Of a stretch of DNA of 64,000 nucleotides, positions 32,933-43,194 are shown one piece after another (position 1 is the first letter of the stretch; every line of letters begins with the position of its first letter). The translations under genes were made by a program, and so were the position numbers. Under the pieces are notes generated by a model. The model was not told where the DNA came from. It worked only from the letters and a program-made list of their open reading frames with translations, and did no database searches. Origin of the DNA: Vicinamibacteria bacterium (lineage in GTDB: Bacteria > Acidobacteriota > Vicinamibacteria > Marinacidobacterales > Marinacidobacteraceae); contig OY729431.1 of NCBI GenBank assembly GCA_963422395.1, positions 1,120,001-1,184,000 on the forward strand, written 5' to 3'.

Positions 32933-33706
32933 ATGGACCAGCCTGCCGACGACGCCGCTTCGGGCTCCCCGCCGAGCTCTGCGGCTGCGAGCGCTGCTGC
33001 GGTCGTCCGGCTGATGGGGGTGATGGCCCGCCTGCGGGCGGAGGATGGCTGCCCCTGGGATCTGAAGCAGACTTGGCGATCGCTCACCCGCCATGTGCTG
33101 GAGGAGGCGCACGAACTGGTGGACGCCGTGGATCGAGGGGACCCTGATGCCGTCCGCGAGGAATGCGGCGACCTGCTGCTCGAAGTCGTCTTCATGGCGC
33201 AGATCGCCGCCGAGGAAGGCCGGTTCGGGATGGCCGAGATCGCCCGGGGCATCGCCGACAAGCTGATCCGGCGCCATCCCCACGTATTCGGCGGAGGAGA
33301 GCGCGCGAAGGACGCCGCGGCGGCGCTGGCGAGCTGGGAAGCGGTCAAGGCAGAGGAAAGGGCCGAGCGCTCCTCCCCGGCCGACGGTCTGCCCCGCGGC
33401 CTGCCGGCATTGCTCTTCGCGGTGAAGGTGATCGAAGGGCGAGTCGGTCGGCAGGGTGGGGACGCGGACGAAGGGGCACCGCGCCCGGGCGGACTTTCGA
33501 GCGCCGCCGCCCGCTTGGAAGCGGCGCGCCGGAGCGGGGACCGCGGCGGCCTCGAGCGAACCTTCGGCGACTTCCTCTTCGCGGCCGCTGCCGAAGCCCA
33601 CCGCCTCGGGCTCGACCCCGAAGCCGCCCTGCGCCAAGCCGCCCGCCGTTCCGCGGCCCGGGAGGCCTACCGCGCCGGCCCGGCGCTCCCGACGGAGGGG
33701 GGATGA
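32933..33706 (+). CDS. mazG: MazG nucleoside triphosphate pyrophosphohydrolase
   Basis: LRAEDGCPWD, EEAHE, EECGDLL, KLIRRHPHVF; second MazG domain degenerate. Confidence 0.92.
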   Translation: MDQPADDAASGSPPSSAAASAAAVVRLMGVMARLRAEDGCPWDLKQTWRSLTRHVLEEAHELVDAVDRGDPDAVREECGDLLLEVVFMAQIAAEEGRFGMAEIARGIADKLIRRHPHVFGGGERAKDAAAALASWEAVKAEERAERSSPADGLPRGLPALLFAVKVIEGRVGRQGGDADEGAPRPGGLSSAAARLEAARRSGDRGGLERTFGDFLFAAAAEAHRLGLDPEAALRQAARRSAAREAYRAGPALPTEGG

Positions 33707-34526
33707 CCCCAGACCGCATCGCGGGTTTCCTCTGGGGGATCGCCGACGATGTGCTCCGCGATGTCTTCGTACGCGGCAAGTATCGGGATGTGATTCTGCC
33801 GATGACGGTCATCCGGCGCTTCGATGTGGTGCTCGAACCGGTGCAGGATCGGGTGCTGGAGAGGAAGAAAATGCTCGATCGAGCGGGGGTGGTGGAGCAG
33901 GACAGCGCGCTCCGCGGGGCAGCCGGGCAGGACTTCTACAACACCTCTTGCTTCACCCTGCACGATCTGCTCTCCCTCAGCAGCCGGCAACAGCAGCACG
34001 ACGACTTCCTGGCGTATCTCGACGGCTTTTCCCCGAATGTCCAGGACATCCTCGAAACTTCGATTTTCGCAATCAGCTCGGACGGCTCCGGAAGAATGAC
34101 GCCATCGGGGCGCTGATCGAGAAGTTCCTCTCCCCGGCGATCAACCTGAGCCCGGAAACCGTCCTGAACGACGACGGCTCGATCCGCCTCCCCGGTCTCG
34201 ACAACCACGCGATGGGCACCATCTTCGAAGAGCTGGTCCGGCGCTTCAACGAGGAGACCGACGAAGAGGCAGGGGAGCACTGGACTCCCCGCGACGCGGT
34301 GCGGCTGATGGCGAATCTCGTCTTCCGCCCGGTCGCCGACCGCATCGAATCCTCGACCTATCTGCTCTACGACGGCGCTTGCGGCACCGGCGGGATGCTC
34401 ACCGTGGGCGAGCAGACCATGCGCCAGCTTGCGGCGGAGCGGGGTAAGAACATCTCGACCCATCTCTACGGGCAGGAGATCAACTCCGAGACCTACGCCA
34501 TCTGCAAGGCCGAACTGCTGCTCTGA
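33703..34526 (+). pseudogene. hsdM: type I restriction-modification M subunit, frameshifted and truncated
   Basis: FLWGIADDVLRD, YRDVILPMTV; frameshift near 34055; GEHWTPRD, YDGACGTGGML, YGQEIN; stops before the NPPY motif. Confidence 0.88.
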
Positions 34527-34749
34527 CAAAAAAGGCATCTTGATCAGACCTTCCTTCGATCCTCGTTCTAGAAGAGGTAAGTGGAAAAGAGCAGTTCCTG
34601 GATTGAAATGAAAGCAGAAACATGGAAGACGAAAGAAACCCGGATAGCAACGGTTGCGTCAGTAGCCGGGACGATCCTGTGTGCTGCCAAAGTAAAGCAA
34701 GACTCCAGAAACGCGAAGATAGCCCGTGCCAAATCGGCTACCGAAGCGG

Positions 34750-34912
34750 GATGGTGGAGCCGAAGGAGGAGCTGACGGCGAACGCGGGCGACCGAGGCAG
34801 CTACCAGCGCTGCTGGACCGGGTGCGAGAAGTTGGGGGCGGCGCAAGACGCAAGGGGGGAATGGATCTGGTCTGCCTGGCGTCGAATCTGCGGCGGAAAT
34901 CCTGACAGCCTC
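34750..34912 (+). mobile_element. internally deleted IS1182-like transposase remnant with possible right end
   Basis: With single-base frame changes: ELTANAGDRG / QLPALLDRVRE and GEW/DLVCLASNLRR; ends in CTGACAGCCTC. Confidence 0.55.
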
Positions 34913-34935
34913 GGGGTCGTGGCGGCGGCGGTGGA

Positions 34936-35964
34936 GTGGTTCGGCCTCCCGGTCTGCGAGGTCGATTCGGCGGAGGCAGCACCCGCCGGGCCCTTGACTC
35001 TCGGTCGCTTCGCGAGCTCGTGGAGGCGGTTCGGTGCCGGAATCCGGAGGGGCCGTACCGCGGACCGGGGCCGGATGGGAGTGCGCTGGCGGGAGGCGGG
35101 CCGCCCGCGGTGGGCCGGCTGCTCGCCGAGGGCCTCTTCGACCCCAGCGAAGCGGGTCTCGATCCCCGACGGGCGGTGAGCCGCCGGGAGGTGATCGGTT
35201 TCGCTGCCCGCCTGCTCGGTCGGGATCCAGGCCTCTTCCGGCGCGGGCAGGTCCGCGAGGCCGGCGCCGGCGGAATCTCGGTAGAGCCCGAGAGGAGCGG
35301 CTCTCCCGATCGGGATCCTGACCTTCTCTGGATCGAACCGGCTCCGGAGGCCCGGCTTTTTCGAGAGGTGCGTCCGGTTCGGATCCCGGGACGCGCGGAT
35401 CCTGCTCCCCTCGCCGTCCCGGTCGGGCGCCTCCGCCTGCGGGTGGGCGACTTCGTGCGATACCGGTCCCGGCCCGGGGAGGTCGTCTCCCGGTCCGGCG
35501 GCGAAGTCGGGATCGAGTTCGAGGCTCTGATCCTCGAAGACCGCGGTGACGCGCTCGACCGCTTCTCCCGGCAGAGCAGCTGGCTGGTTCCGAAGAACAA
35601 CCGCGATCTCTCCGCCGCGGTCGCCCGCGTGCGCCCGATCGGAGAGATCGTGGCGCTCGAGCCGCTGGAATACGGCCGATCCGGGCGGGTCGTGCGACTC
35701 CGCTTCGTGGGCACCGAAGGGGAATGGGAAGCTCGCGGGCTCCAGATCCGGCGGCTCCTCGGGATCTCCGAGAATCTGTTCTTCGCCGAACCGCGGCGGC
35801 GGGGCGAAGGAGAAGTGATCGAGTGGTGGTTCACCGGACGCGGCTGGGGACACGGGCTCGGGTTGTGCCAGGCGGGTGCGTACGGGATGGCCGCGGCCGG
35901 CGCCGACTACCGTGAGATCCTGGCGCACTACTACCCCGGGACCAGCATCGCCCCTGCCCGATGA
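34936..35964 (+). pseudogene. SpoIID/LytB-domain protein, 5'-truncated
   Basis: C-terminal GRGWGHGLGLCQAGAYGMA...YREILAHYYPG; no signal peptide or N-terminal catalytic region; abuts IS remnant. Confidence 0.75.
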
Positions 35965-36026
35965 GTTTTAGCAGGGGGCTTATGAAGATGACTTGACAGC
36001 AGGGCGGGGGTCGCGATGATGGCGGG

Positions 36027-36494
36027 ATGCGGATTCTTACCTTCACGGGGAAAGGTGTTGCGGTTGCTGCCGGAGGAATTGGCGTGATCACCGCCCCGTC
36101 CGATTTAGCCCGACTCCTGCGCTCGACCGCCGATTGGTTCGATGGTGGCGGGAATGTGGAGCTGATTTTGTGGGGCGTGATCATTGTCTTCGGCATCTGG
36201 ATGGTGCTCGATATTTGGACATTATTTGCGCGCGGGCAACGCCGCAAACGCAAGCCGCCATCTGGGGCGACTGTGGGCTATGCAACAGCGTCCGTGATCG
36301 CAAACGGCTACATCGATCCCGATAACACCGGGCGAGATGGTGTGAGAATCGCCGTGCGGAGTCAGATTCTTAAGAAGTTCGAGGACGTGCCGGGGGCGAA
36401 GGTCGGTGACGAATACAACGCCGATCTTTTGCATCGATGGCTTCAGAAGAACGCGGCGCGAGCGCTCGTGAAGCACCAAAGCGAGATCAGATGA
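36027..36494 (+). CDS. hypothetical membrane-anchored protein, lower GC than flanks
   Basis: 155-aa ORF, TM LILWGVIIVFGIWMVL, more AT-rich codons; TTGACA upstream. Confidence 0.6.
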   Translation: MRILTFTGKGVAVAAGGIGVITAPSDLARLLRSTADWFDGGGNVELILWGVIIVFGIWMVLDIWTLFARGQRRKRKPPSGATVGYATASVIANGYIDPDNTGRDGVRIAVRSQILKKFEDVPGAKVGDEYNADLLHRWLQKNAARALVKHQSEIR

Positions 36495-36519
36495 TCGTTC
36501 TCCCAGGGGACCGGTTTCG

Positions 36520-36624
36520 ATGAGCGCGAGATTCCGCTTCGGCTTCAGTCCTGCCCAGCTGCGCGCCGGGGCGTTCTCGGTGCTGGCCCTGCTCCTGATC
36601 GCCGGAATCCGCGCGCTCGTCTGA
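36520..36624 (+). CDS. putative 34-aa small membrane protein
   Basis: MSARFRFGFSPAQLRAGAFSVLALLLIAGIRALV, AGGGGA upstream. Confidence 0.35.
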   Translation: MSARFRFGFSPAQLRAGAFSVLALLLIAGIRALV

Positions 36625-36681
36625 CGGGCGGTGGTTGATGGCAGCGAAGTCGGAAAACGGCGCCGAGCCTCGGAAGCGGCG

Positions 36682-37695
36682 ATGGGTTCTCCTCCCCTCA
36701 TCGTTTTGGCGCTCGTCGGGCCGACGGCCTCCGGCAAATCGAATCTCGCGGTCCGGCTCGCCCGCCGCCTTCCCTTTCCGGTGGAGATCGTTTCCTGCGA
36801 TGCCTTTCAGGTGTATCGCGGGCTCGACATCGGTTCGGGGAAACCTCCTTTCGCCGCGCGTGGAGGTCTTCGACATCATCTTTTCGATACCCTGGAGCCG
36901 GATGATCCGTGCACTGCGGGCCGGTACGCCGAGCTCGCTGCGGCAGCCATTCGGGGGATCGCGAACCGGGGCGCGATTCCCCTGGTCGTGGGGGGAAGCG
37001 GCCTCTACTTCCGCGCCCTGCGGGACGGAATCTTCTCGGGACCCGGGCTCGATCCGCGCCTCCGCGAGCGGCTCCAATCGCTGTACCGCCGGCCCGCCGG
37101 CGGCCGCTGGCTCTCCCGACTACTCGCCCGGCTCGACCCCGAATCCCACCGCCGCATCCATGGCAACGACCAGGTGCGCCGGGTGCGCGCCCTCGAAGTA
37201 GCCATCGCTTCCGGGGAACCGATTTCAAGGCTTCGGGAGGAGCGCCGCCCTCCGCTTCCGGGTGCCTGCTGGCGGGTTGCCGGCCTGGACCTTCCGCGCC
37301 CGGAGCTCGATGTGCTCATCACCGCGCGCGTTCGGGGGATGTTCGATTCGGGTCTGGTGGAGGAGGTTCGCGGTCTTCGGGACCGTTTCGGCGACCGCTG
37401 GCCGGGACGCTTCGCCATCGGGTACCGGGAGGTTCTCACCGCCCTCGTCGAAGCGTCCGACGCTTCGGAGGTCGAACGGAGCCTGGCAGCGAGCGAGGCG
37501 CGGATCGTCAGCGCGACCCGCCGTTATGCCCGGCGGCAGCGGACCTGGTTCCGCGCCGAGCGGGAAGTGCGGTGGTATCCGGGCGGCGGCGAGGATTCCG
37601 CGGTACTGGAATCGGTGCTGCGGCAGTTCGCGGCGCCGAGAGTTCGAGGAGGAGCCGGGCCCCGGTCGGCTACCCTTCCCCTGGTAGCAACTTGA
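36682..37695 (+). CDS. miaA: tRNA dimethylallyltransferase
   Basis: GPTASGKS, DAFQVYRGLDIGSGK, GGSGLY, IGYRE, TRRYARRQRTW. Confidence 0.95.
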   Translation: MGSPPLIVLALVGPTASGKSNLAVRLARRLPFPVEIVSCDAFQVYRGLDIGSGKPPFAARGGLRHHLFDTLEPDDPCTAGRYAELAAAAIRGIANRGAIPLVVGGSGLYFRALRDGIFSGPGLDPRLRERLQSLYRRPAGGRWLSRLLARLDPESHRRIHGNDQVRRVRALEVAIASGEPISRLREERRPPLPGACWRVAGLDLPRPELDVLITARVRGMFDSGLVEEVRGLRDRFGDRWPGRFAIGYREVLTALVEASDASEVERSLAASEARIVSATRRYARRQRTWFRAEREVRWYPGGGEDSAVLESVLRQFAAPRVRGGAGPRSATLPLVAT

Positions 37696-38330
37696 ACCAT
37701 CCAAGACGCCCGCGCGCCGGAAAGGTCCGCCTCCGGATCCTGGCGGGATGCCTGCTCGCGGTGCTGGCGCCGCTCGGGATGGCGCGCGAAGTCCGACCTT
37801 GGCAGCAGCAGCCGCCGGATCCCGTAGAAACCGGCGCCTGGTTCAAGGTGCTCGGACTGAGCTCCGGGTCGCCGGAGCCGGTGGTGCTCTCCGAAGCGGA
37901 AACGAACGCCTTGCTGGGATCGGTCCAGCTTTCCGCCCTCTTCGCCGAACGGGCCGGCCTCTTGGGGCTGAGCGCACGGCTGCTGCCCGATGAGGTGCGA
38001 CTCTCGGGGATGCTGGACGGCGGCCTCGCCGCCCGGATCCTCGGCCCCCTGGCCCCCGCGGGCGGCCAGCAGCCATTCGAGACCGTGCTCCGGCTCGAAG
38101 GCACTGACGGATCGGGGGAAGCGAAGGTCCTCCGCGGCACGGTGGCGGGTCTCGAGGTGCCGGCTCCCCTGCTGACCGGCGTGATCGTTTCGGTGATCCA
38201 CGAGATTCTTCAGGACTCGGGGTCCTCCGAGAGTTTCGATCCGGACGCGTCTTTCCCCCTGCCGCGGGCCATCGCGGGCTTCGAAGTGAGGAGCGGCGAG
38301 ATCCTGCTGACTCCGGCGCCGCCCGGCTGA
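37692..38330 (+). CDS. hypothetical exported protein
   Basis: Basic plus hydrophobic N-terminus (RLRILAGCLLAVLA); TTG start overlaps miaA stop. Confidence 0.6.
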   Translation: MNHPRRPRAGKVRLRILAGCLLAVLAPLGMAREVRPWQQQPPDPVETGAWFKVLGLSSGSPEPVVLSEAETNALLGSVQLSALFAERAGLLGLSARLLPDEVRLSGMLDGGLAARILGPLAPAGGQQPFETVLRLEGTDGSGEAKVLRGTVAGLEVPAPLLTGVIVSVIHEILQDSGSSESFDPDASFPLPRAIAGFEVRSGEILLTPAPPG

Positions 38331-38354
38331 GGGGAAGCCCGAAATCCGGCTTCG

Positions 38355-40520
38355 TTGCCCGCCACCGGACCGGATACCGAGGTCCGCGACCTTCCCGGGG
38401 TCGGACCGCGCCGGGCGCGGGCCCTCGAAGACGCCGGAATCCACCGGGCCGGCGATCTTCTGCTCCGCCTTCCGTTCCGCTACGAGGACCGGAGCGCCCG
38501 CCGCCGGGTCTCCGAGATGTCGGATGGCGAGGCGGCCTCGGTGGAAGTGGCGGTCGAGTCGCTGGAGGTCCGACCGACCCGCCGCCGCGGGCTCCGCATC
38601 GTCGAGCTGCGCGGGTACGACGGGAGCGAACCGGTGCGGGCGACCTGGTTCAACCAGGTCCATCTGAAACATATTCTGCGGCCGGGGCGGCGGGTTCTGC
38701 TGTTCGGCCCGGTCAAGCGGGCGTTTGCGGGCGGCGCGCCCATGCTGAACAACCCGCGCTACGAACTCGTGGAACCCGGACAGCTGGAACCCGGACTGAC
38801 GGCGCCCCGGGGGGACGGCGCTGCCCCCCAAGAGCCGGGGGGCAGCCCTCATGTCGGCCGGATCGTGCCCATCTACGAACGGATCGGAACCCTCGACCCG
38901 AGGGCGCTGCGGGGGATCCTCCATCATCTGATCGGCTCGGAATCTGCGGCCGGGGCCGGTTACCTGCCCGCTGCGCTCGCTTCCCGGCTGCAGCTGCCGT
39001 CGCGGAAGAGGGCACTCGAAGAGGTCCACTTCCCCCCGCCCGGCGCTTCGCTCGAGACCTTCGAGCGGCGAAGGTCTTCCGGCCACCAGCGGCTGATCCT
39101 CGAGGAGTTCTTCCTCTTCGCTCTCGGCCTCGAGCTCCGACGCCGGCAGGACCGCACTGCTCGGGCTGGCGGATCCACTTTCGCCGTGGACGACGGCCTC
39201 CGCAGCCTGGTGCGGCGGGTGCTCCCGTTCCGCCTCACCCCTTCGCAGCGGGAGGCGCTCGCCACCATGGCCCGGGAGTTCCAGTCGCCGTTGACCATGA
39301 GGCGATTGCTGCAGGGCGATGTGGGTTCGGGAAAGACCATCGTGGCGGTGATCGCCGCGCTCATCGTGATGCACCACGGAGCGCAAGCGGCCCTCATGGC
39401 GCCGACCGAAGTGCTCGCCGAGCAGCACTTCACCACGATCCGGGGGCTTCTCGAACCGCATGGGATCCGGGTCGCTCTGCTGACCGCGGGACTCGGCGCC
39501 GCCGACCGCCGCGACACGCTGACCGCGGTGGCTTCCGGCTGGACCCAGTTCGTGGTGGGGACCCATTCCCTGATCCAGGAGGGCGCGAAGTTCCGCAACC
39601 TCGGTTTCGCCGTCGTGGACGAGCAGCACAAATTCGGCGTCGCCCAGCGCAGCAGCCTGTTGGAACGAGGAGGCGGCTGCGATCTGCTGGTCATGACCGC
39701 GACGCCGATCCCTCGCTCGCTCACCATGGCGCTGCACGGGGATCTCGATCTTTCGGAGTTGCGGGAGCTCCCCCCCGGCCGCCAGCCGATCCGGACCCTC
39801 GTTCGCCCCAGTGCGGAACTGCCGGGGGTGTACCAGAGCGTGCGCAACGAGGTTCGGCAGGGGCGGCAGGCGTTCCATGTGTGTCCCACGATCGACGAGT
39901 CCGAAGAGAGCCCGGGGTCTGGCGTCGAGGCCCGCTTCCGGCAGCTCGCCGACGGGCCGTTTCGGGGGCTGAAGGTGGATTTCGTCCACGGCCGGATGCC
40001 CTCGGTGCGCCGGGAACGGACGATGGCCGCCTTCGTCCGGGGAGAACTGGAGGTGCTGGTCGCCACCACGGTGATCGAGGTCGGCGTGGATGTCCCGAAC
40101 GCGACGATGATGGTGGTGGAAAACGCCGAGCGGTTCGGCCTGGCGCAGCTGCATCAGCTGCGGGGCCGCGTCGGTCGGGGTGCCCATCCAGCCACCGCGG
40201 TGCTGGTGGTCGGGGGCCGGCCCACCGAAATGGCTCGCCGCCGGCTTCGAGTTCTCGAGGAGACCAGCGACGGATTCCGAATCGCCGAGGAGGACCTCGC
40301 GATTCGTGGACCGGGCGACTTCTTCGGCACCCGCCAGTCGGGAATCCCGCCCTTCCGTGTCGCCGACATCGTGCGCGACGCCGATTTCTTGCGCCTCGCC
40401 CGCAAAGAGGCCGCGTCTTTCCTCGCTTCGAGCGCCATCGGAACCGCGGAAGGGCGGCGAATCCTCACCCATGTGCGCGCCATCTGGGGAGAGCGGTTTC
40501 GTCTGGCCGCGGCGGGGTAA
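38355..40520 (+). CDS. recG: ATP-dependent DNA helicase RecG
   Basis: PFRYED, QGDVGSGKT, DEQHKFG, TATPIPR, TTVIEVG, QLRGRVGRG, RGPGDFFGTRQSG. Confidence 0.96.
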   Translation: MPATGPDTEVRDLPGVGPRRARALEDAGIHRAGDLLLRLPFRYEDRSARRRVSEMSDGEAASVEVAVESLEVRPTRRRGLRIVELRGYDGSEPVRATWFNQVHLKHILRPGRRVLLFGPVKRAFAGGAPMLNNPRYELVEPGQLEPGLTAPRGDGAAPQEPGGSPHVGRIVPIYERIGTLDPRALRGILHHLIGSESAAGAGYLPAALASRLQLPSRKRALEEVHFPPPGASLETFERRRSSGHQRLILEEFFLFALGLELRRRQDRTARAGGSTFAVDDGLRSLVRRVLPFRLTPSQREALATMAREFQSPLTMRRLLQGDVGSGKTIVAVIAALIVMHHGAQAALMAPTEVLAEQHFTTIRGLLEPHGIRVALLTAGLGAADRRDTLTAVASGWTQFVVGTHSLIQEGAKFRNLGFAVVDEQHKFGVAQRSSLLERGGGCDLLVMTATPIPRSLTMALHGDLDLSELRELPPGRQPIRTLVRPSAELPGVYQSVRNEVRQGRQAFHVCPTIDESEESPGSGVEARFRQLADGPFRGLKVDFVHGRMPSVRRERTMAAFVRGELEVLVATTVIEVGVDVPNATMMVVENAERFGLAQLHQLRGRVGRGAHPATAVLVVGGRPTEMARRRLRVLEETSDGFRIAEEDLAIRGPGDFFGTRQSGIPPFRVADIVRDADFLRLARKEAASFLASSAIGTAEGRRILTHVRAIWGERFRLAAAG

Positions 40521-40571
40521 TTCCGGAAATGGACTGCTCGCTGTCCCCAGTCCACCGTCCCGGACTCGAGC

Positions 40572-41774
40572 TCAGCCGGCGCGGGAGACCGCCAGCGGCT
40601 GTCCCGAGGCTTGCGCCTCCTCTCCGATGTCCGGATCTTCACCGGCGCCGAGCGGGTGGAGCCGGTCGCCGTCCCGGGTGGGGACGCCGAGGGCGCTGGT
40701 GAATGGGTCCGCAGCACAACGCGAAACCTCCGGGAACTCCCTTTCCACCGCTTCGGGCAACCAGTGTTTCCGCGGCGTCTGGAAAACCACGCTGGCCCGG
40801 GCGGCCTCCCGAGCCAGAAACCCGGCGAACTCGAGGGGTCCGCCGGCTGTCCAGTTCCGCACCGTTTCGGCGAGCGCCATCGGGTGTTCGAGCGACCTGG
40901 CGCCGATCACGCATCCGGGGCGGTAGGTGCGGACGGCGTTGCCGAAGACACTGAAGTTGCGTCCCACCCGGTCGGAGAGCGCATAGGTCATCGGACCGGT
41001 GAGCACGACCACATGGGCGAGGCCGGCGGTGCGGTGCGCCAGATCCCACAGATCCATGGGAGATTCCTCGGGATTCGTCGCGCCCCCGCCGAGGCCGGTG
41101 GCGAACACGGGGCGGGTGCGGTGGGGATCGCCGATGAGGTGGATCAGCCCCTCGACCCCTTCTTCATCTTGGATGATCCAAGGGACGGGATGGATGCGCC
41201 AGCCGTAATCGATGAGCCCCGGCGAATGGGCGAGACCGTGAACGACCCCGGGAACCCAGGCCCCCGGACGCCGCCGCCGAGGGGTGAGCAGCGCTGCCCG
41301 GAAGTAACTGGTCTCGTCGGCGCGCGCGAGGATCACGACCGCTTTCCAGGACGGGAGTCCGGAAGCGGCGCCGACCTCGAGCGAAACTGCGAAGTACCGC
41401 AACGATCCAGCGCTGCGGTCCACTGCCGCAACGAGTGCGCCGGATGCCCGGTGCCGCTCGACCGGACGCCCGGAAGCCGGGTCCGTTCGGTCCGCGGCGA
41501 AGCTCGCGGGGAGGGGGCCCGCATGGGCTTCCACCCAGTGCAGCACCCGATGGCGAGCGCGCGCGAACTCCCCGCCTTCGCCGTCCGCAGAGACCTCTGC
41601 CGAGACCACCGCCCGGTGCTCGAGTCTTGGCGGGGCTACGGGCTCACGGACCGCCTGGGGCCTTCGCGCGCGGGAACTCATGGGACCGTTCGGCAGCAGC
41701 CGGAGGGCGGGCGTGGGGGGAACTGCCCGGGAAACGGCCGGCGGGGCGGCCCGAGAAGGCGATGGGGTGGACAT
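40572..41774 (-). CDS. hypothetical protein
   Basis: 400-aa ORF with globular-looking core (RTRPVF...LAHVVVL...FSVFGNAVRTYRPG) and GGAG RBS. Confidence 0.7.
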   Translation of the reverse strand: MSTPSPSRAAPPAVSRAVPPTPALRLLPNGPMSSRARRPQAVREPVAPPRLEHRAVVSAEVSADGEGGEFARARHRVLHWVEAHAGPLPASFAADRTDPASGRPVERHRASGALVAAVDRSAGSLRYFAVSLEVGAASGLPSWKAVVILARADETSYFRAALLTPRRRRPGAWVPGVVHGLAHSPGLIDYGWRIHPVPWIIQDEEGVEGLIHLIGDPHRTRPVFATGLGGGATNPEESPMDLWDLAHRTAGLAHVVVLTGPMTYALSDRVGRNFSVFGNAVRTYRPGCVIGARSLEHPMALAETVRNWTAGGPLEFAGFLAREAARASVVFQTPRKHWLPEAVEREFPEVSRCAADPFTSALGVPTRDGDRLHPLGAGEDPDIGEEAQASGQPLAVSRAG

Positions 41775-41848
41775 GGCGTCTCCTTGGGAAAAAGGTTGCG
41801 GGGAGGTGGCGTCGAGGAGTCGTCCTCCATCCTCGGAGGGCTGGCGGC

Positions 41849-42514
41849 GTGAGTGTGCGGATCACCGGCGGCGCCTTCGCCGGCCGGCTGCTCTTCGGCC
41901 CGCCGCACCGCGGCGCCCCGCTCCCGGGCCTCCGTCCCACGGCTGCCAGGCTCCGAAAAAGTCTTTTTTCGGTGCTTGCCGACGAGGTGCCCGGATCCTG
42001 GGTCCTCGATCTGTGCGCCGGAGTCGGGACTCTCGGTTTCGAGGCTCTGTCCCGAGGCGCCGGGCAGTGCGTCTTCGTCGAACGTGCGCCGCGAATGTGC
42101 CGGCTCATCGAACGCAATGCGGAGCATCTCGGCGTCCATTCGCTCCGGCTCGTGGCCGGCGGGGCGGCCCGGGAGCTGCGTCGCCTCGCCGGCGTCGGGA
42201 CGGAGTTCGGGATCGTCTTTCTGGACCCACCCTGGCGGGATTGGGAGGCCGGCCCCGGGCTTTCGCTTCTGGAAGCCGCCGCCCGGCTCGGCCCCGGAGT
42301 GATTGCGGCGGAGCATCGTTCCGGCTGGGCGGCGCCGGTGCGCATCGGAGGGGGGGAGTCCGAGGCCGCCCCGCGGAAGGCATTCGTCCGGACACGGACT
42401 CTCACCGCCGGAGACGGCGCGGTTTCGCTGTACCAGCGAGAATCGGGGGAGGGGAACCCGCTCACACCGTTTACAGACGGAAATCGAGTCCGCTTCTTCC
42501 CGCCCCCGAAGTGA
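41849..42514 (+). CDS. rsmD: 16S rRNA m2G966 methyltransferase
   Basis: RITGG, RPT, LDLCAGVGTLGFEALSRGA, FLDPPW; upstream of coaD. Confidence 0.88.
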   Translation: MSVRITGGAFAGRLLFGPPHRGAPLPGLRPTAARLRKSLFSVLADEVPGSWVLDLCAGVGTLGFEALSRGAGQCVFVERAPRMCRLIERNAEHLGVHSLRLVAGGAARELRRLAGVGTEFGIVFLDPPWRDWEAGPGLSLLEAAARLGPGVIAAEHRSGWAAPVRIGGGESEAAPRKAFVRTRTLTAGDGAVSLYQRESGEGNPLTPFTDGNRVRFFPPPK

Positions 42515-42621
42515 TTTCGCCCGAATTGTGGAAAACTCTCCCCCGGACTCCGCCTCGACGGCTGATTCGGGCCCTATGTGTTAGGTTCCGCCGGCACCGC
42601 CCGCCGGCGCGGTGCCCTTCT

Positions 42622-43128
42622 TTGGAACCAACATCGCGGCTTGCCATCTGCCCGGGTTCCTTCGATCCGCTCACTCTCGGGCATGTGGACATCATCCGAC
42701 GAGCCGCCCGCCTCTTCGAGAGGGTCGTGGTCTCTGTTCTCCACAACACCGAGAAGGCGCCTCGGTTCACGGTGCCGGAACGGCTCGACTTCATCCGCGC
42801 CACCTTCGCGGATGATCCGCGGGTGGAGGCCGCAGCGTTTTCCGGCTTGCTCGTCGCCTATGCGCGTCGGCAGGGCGCCTCCGCCATCGTGCGGGGTATC
42901 CGGGCCGTTTCCGATTTCGAATACGAGTTCCAGATGGCTCTCATGAACCGCCGGCTGGCGCCGGAGGTGGAAACTGTCTTTCTCACTCCCGCCGAGGAGT
43001 ATTCCTATGTGAGCTCGAAGCTCATCAAGGAGATCGCAGCTCTCTCGGGCGATGTGACCGGACTCGTGCCCGCGCCGGTGGCCCGCCGGCTGGCGGAGAA
43101 GTTCCCCCGCGACCCGGCCGTCGTCTGA
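42622..43128 (+). CDS. coaD: pantetheine-phosphate adenylyltransferase
   Basis: PGSFDPLTLGH, RGIRAVSDFEYE, SSKLIKEIA. Confidence 0.96.
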   Translation: MEPTSRLAICPGSFDPLTLGHVDIIRRAARLFERVVVSVLHNTEKAPRFTVPERLDFIRATFADDPRVEAAAFSGLLVAYARRQGASAIVRGIRAVSDFEYEFQMALMNRRLAPEVETVFLTPAEEYSYVSSKLIKEIAALSGDVTGLVPAPVARRLAEKFPRDPAVV

Positions 43129-43194
43129 TTCGGCGGGCTGCCTGCCGCGCGACTCCATCCACCGGCTGCCAGTCTTGCCTGCCTCCCGACATCT

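Noticed and set aside
34040-34070. Programmed frameshift or phase variation in hsdM
   Set aside because: Only an A3 run, and the gene is truncated downstream, so restoring the frame would not give an active enzyme.
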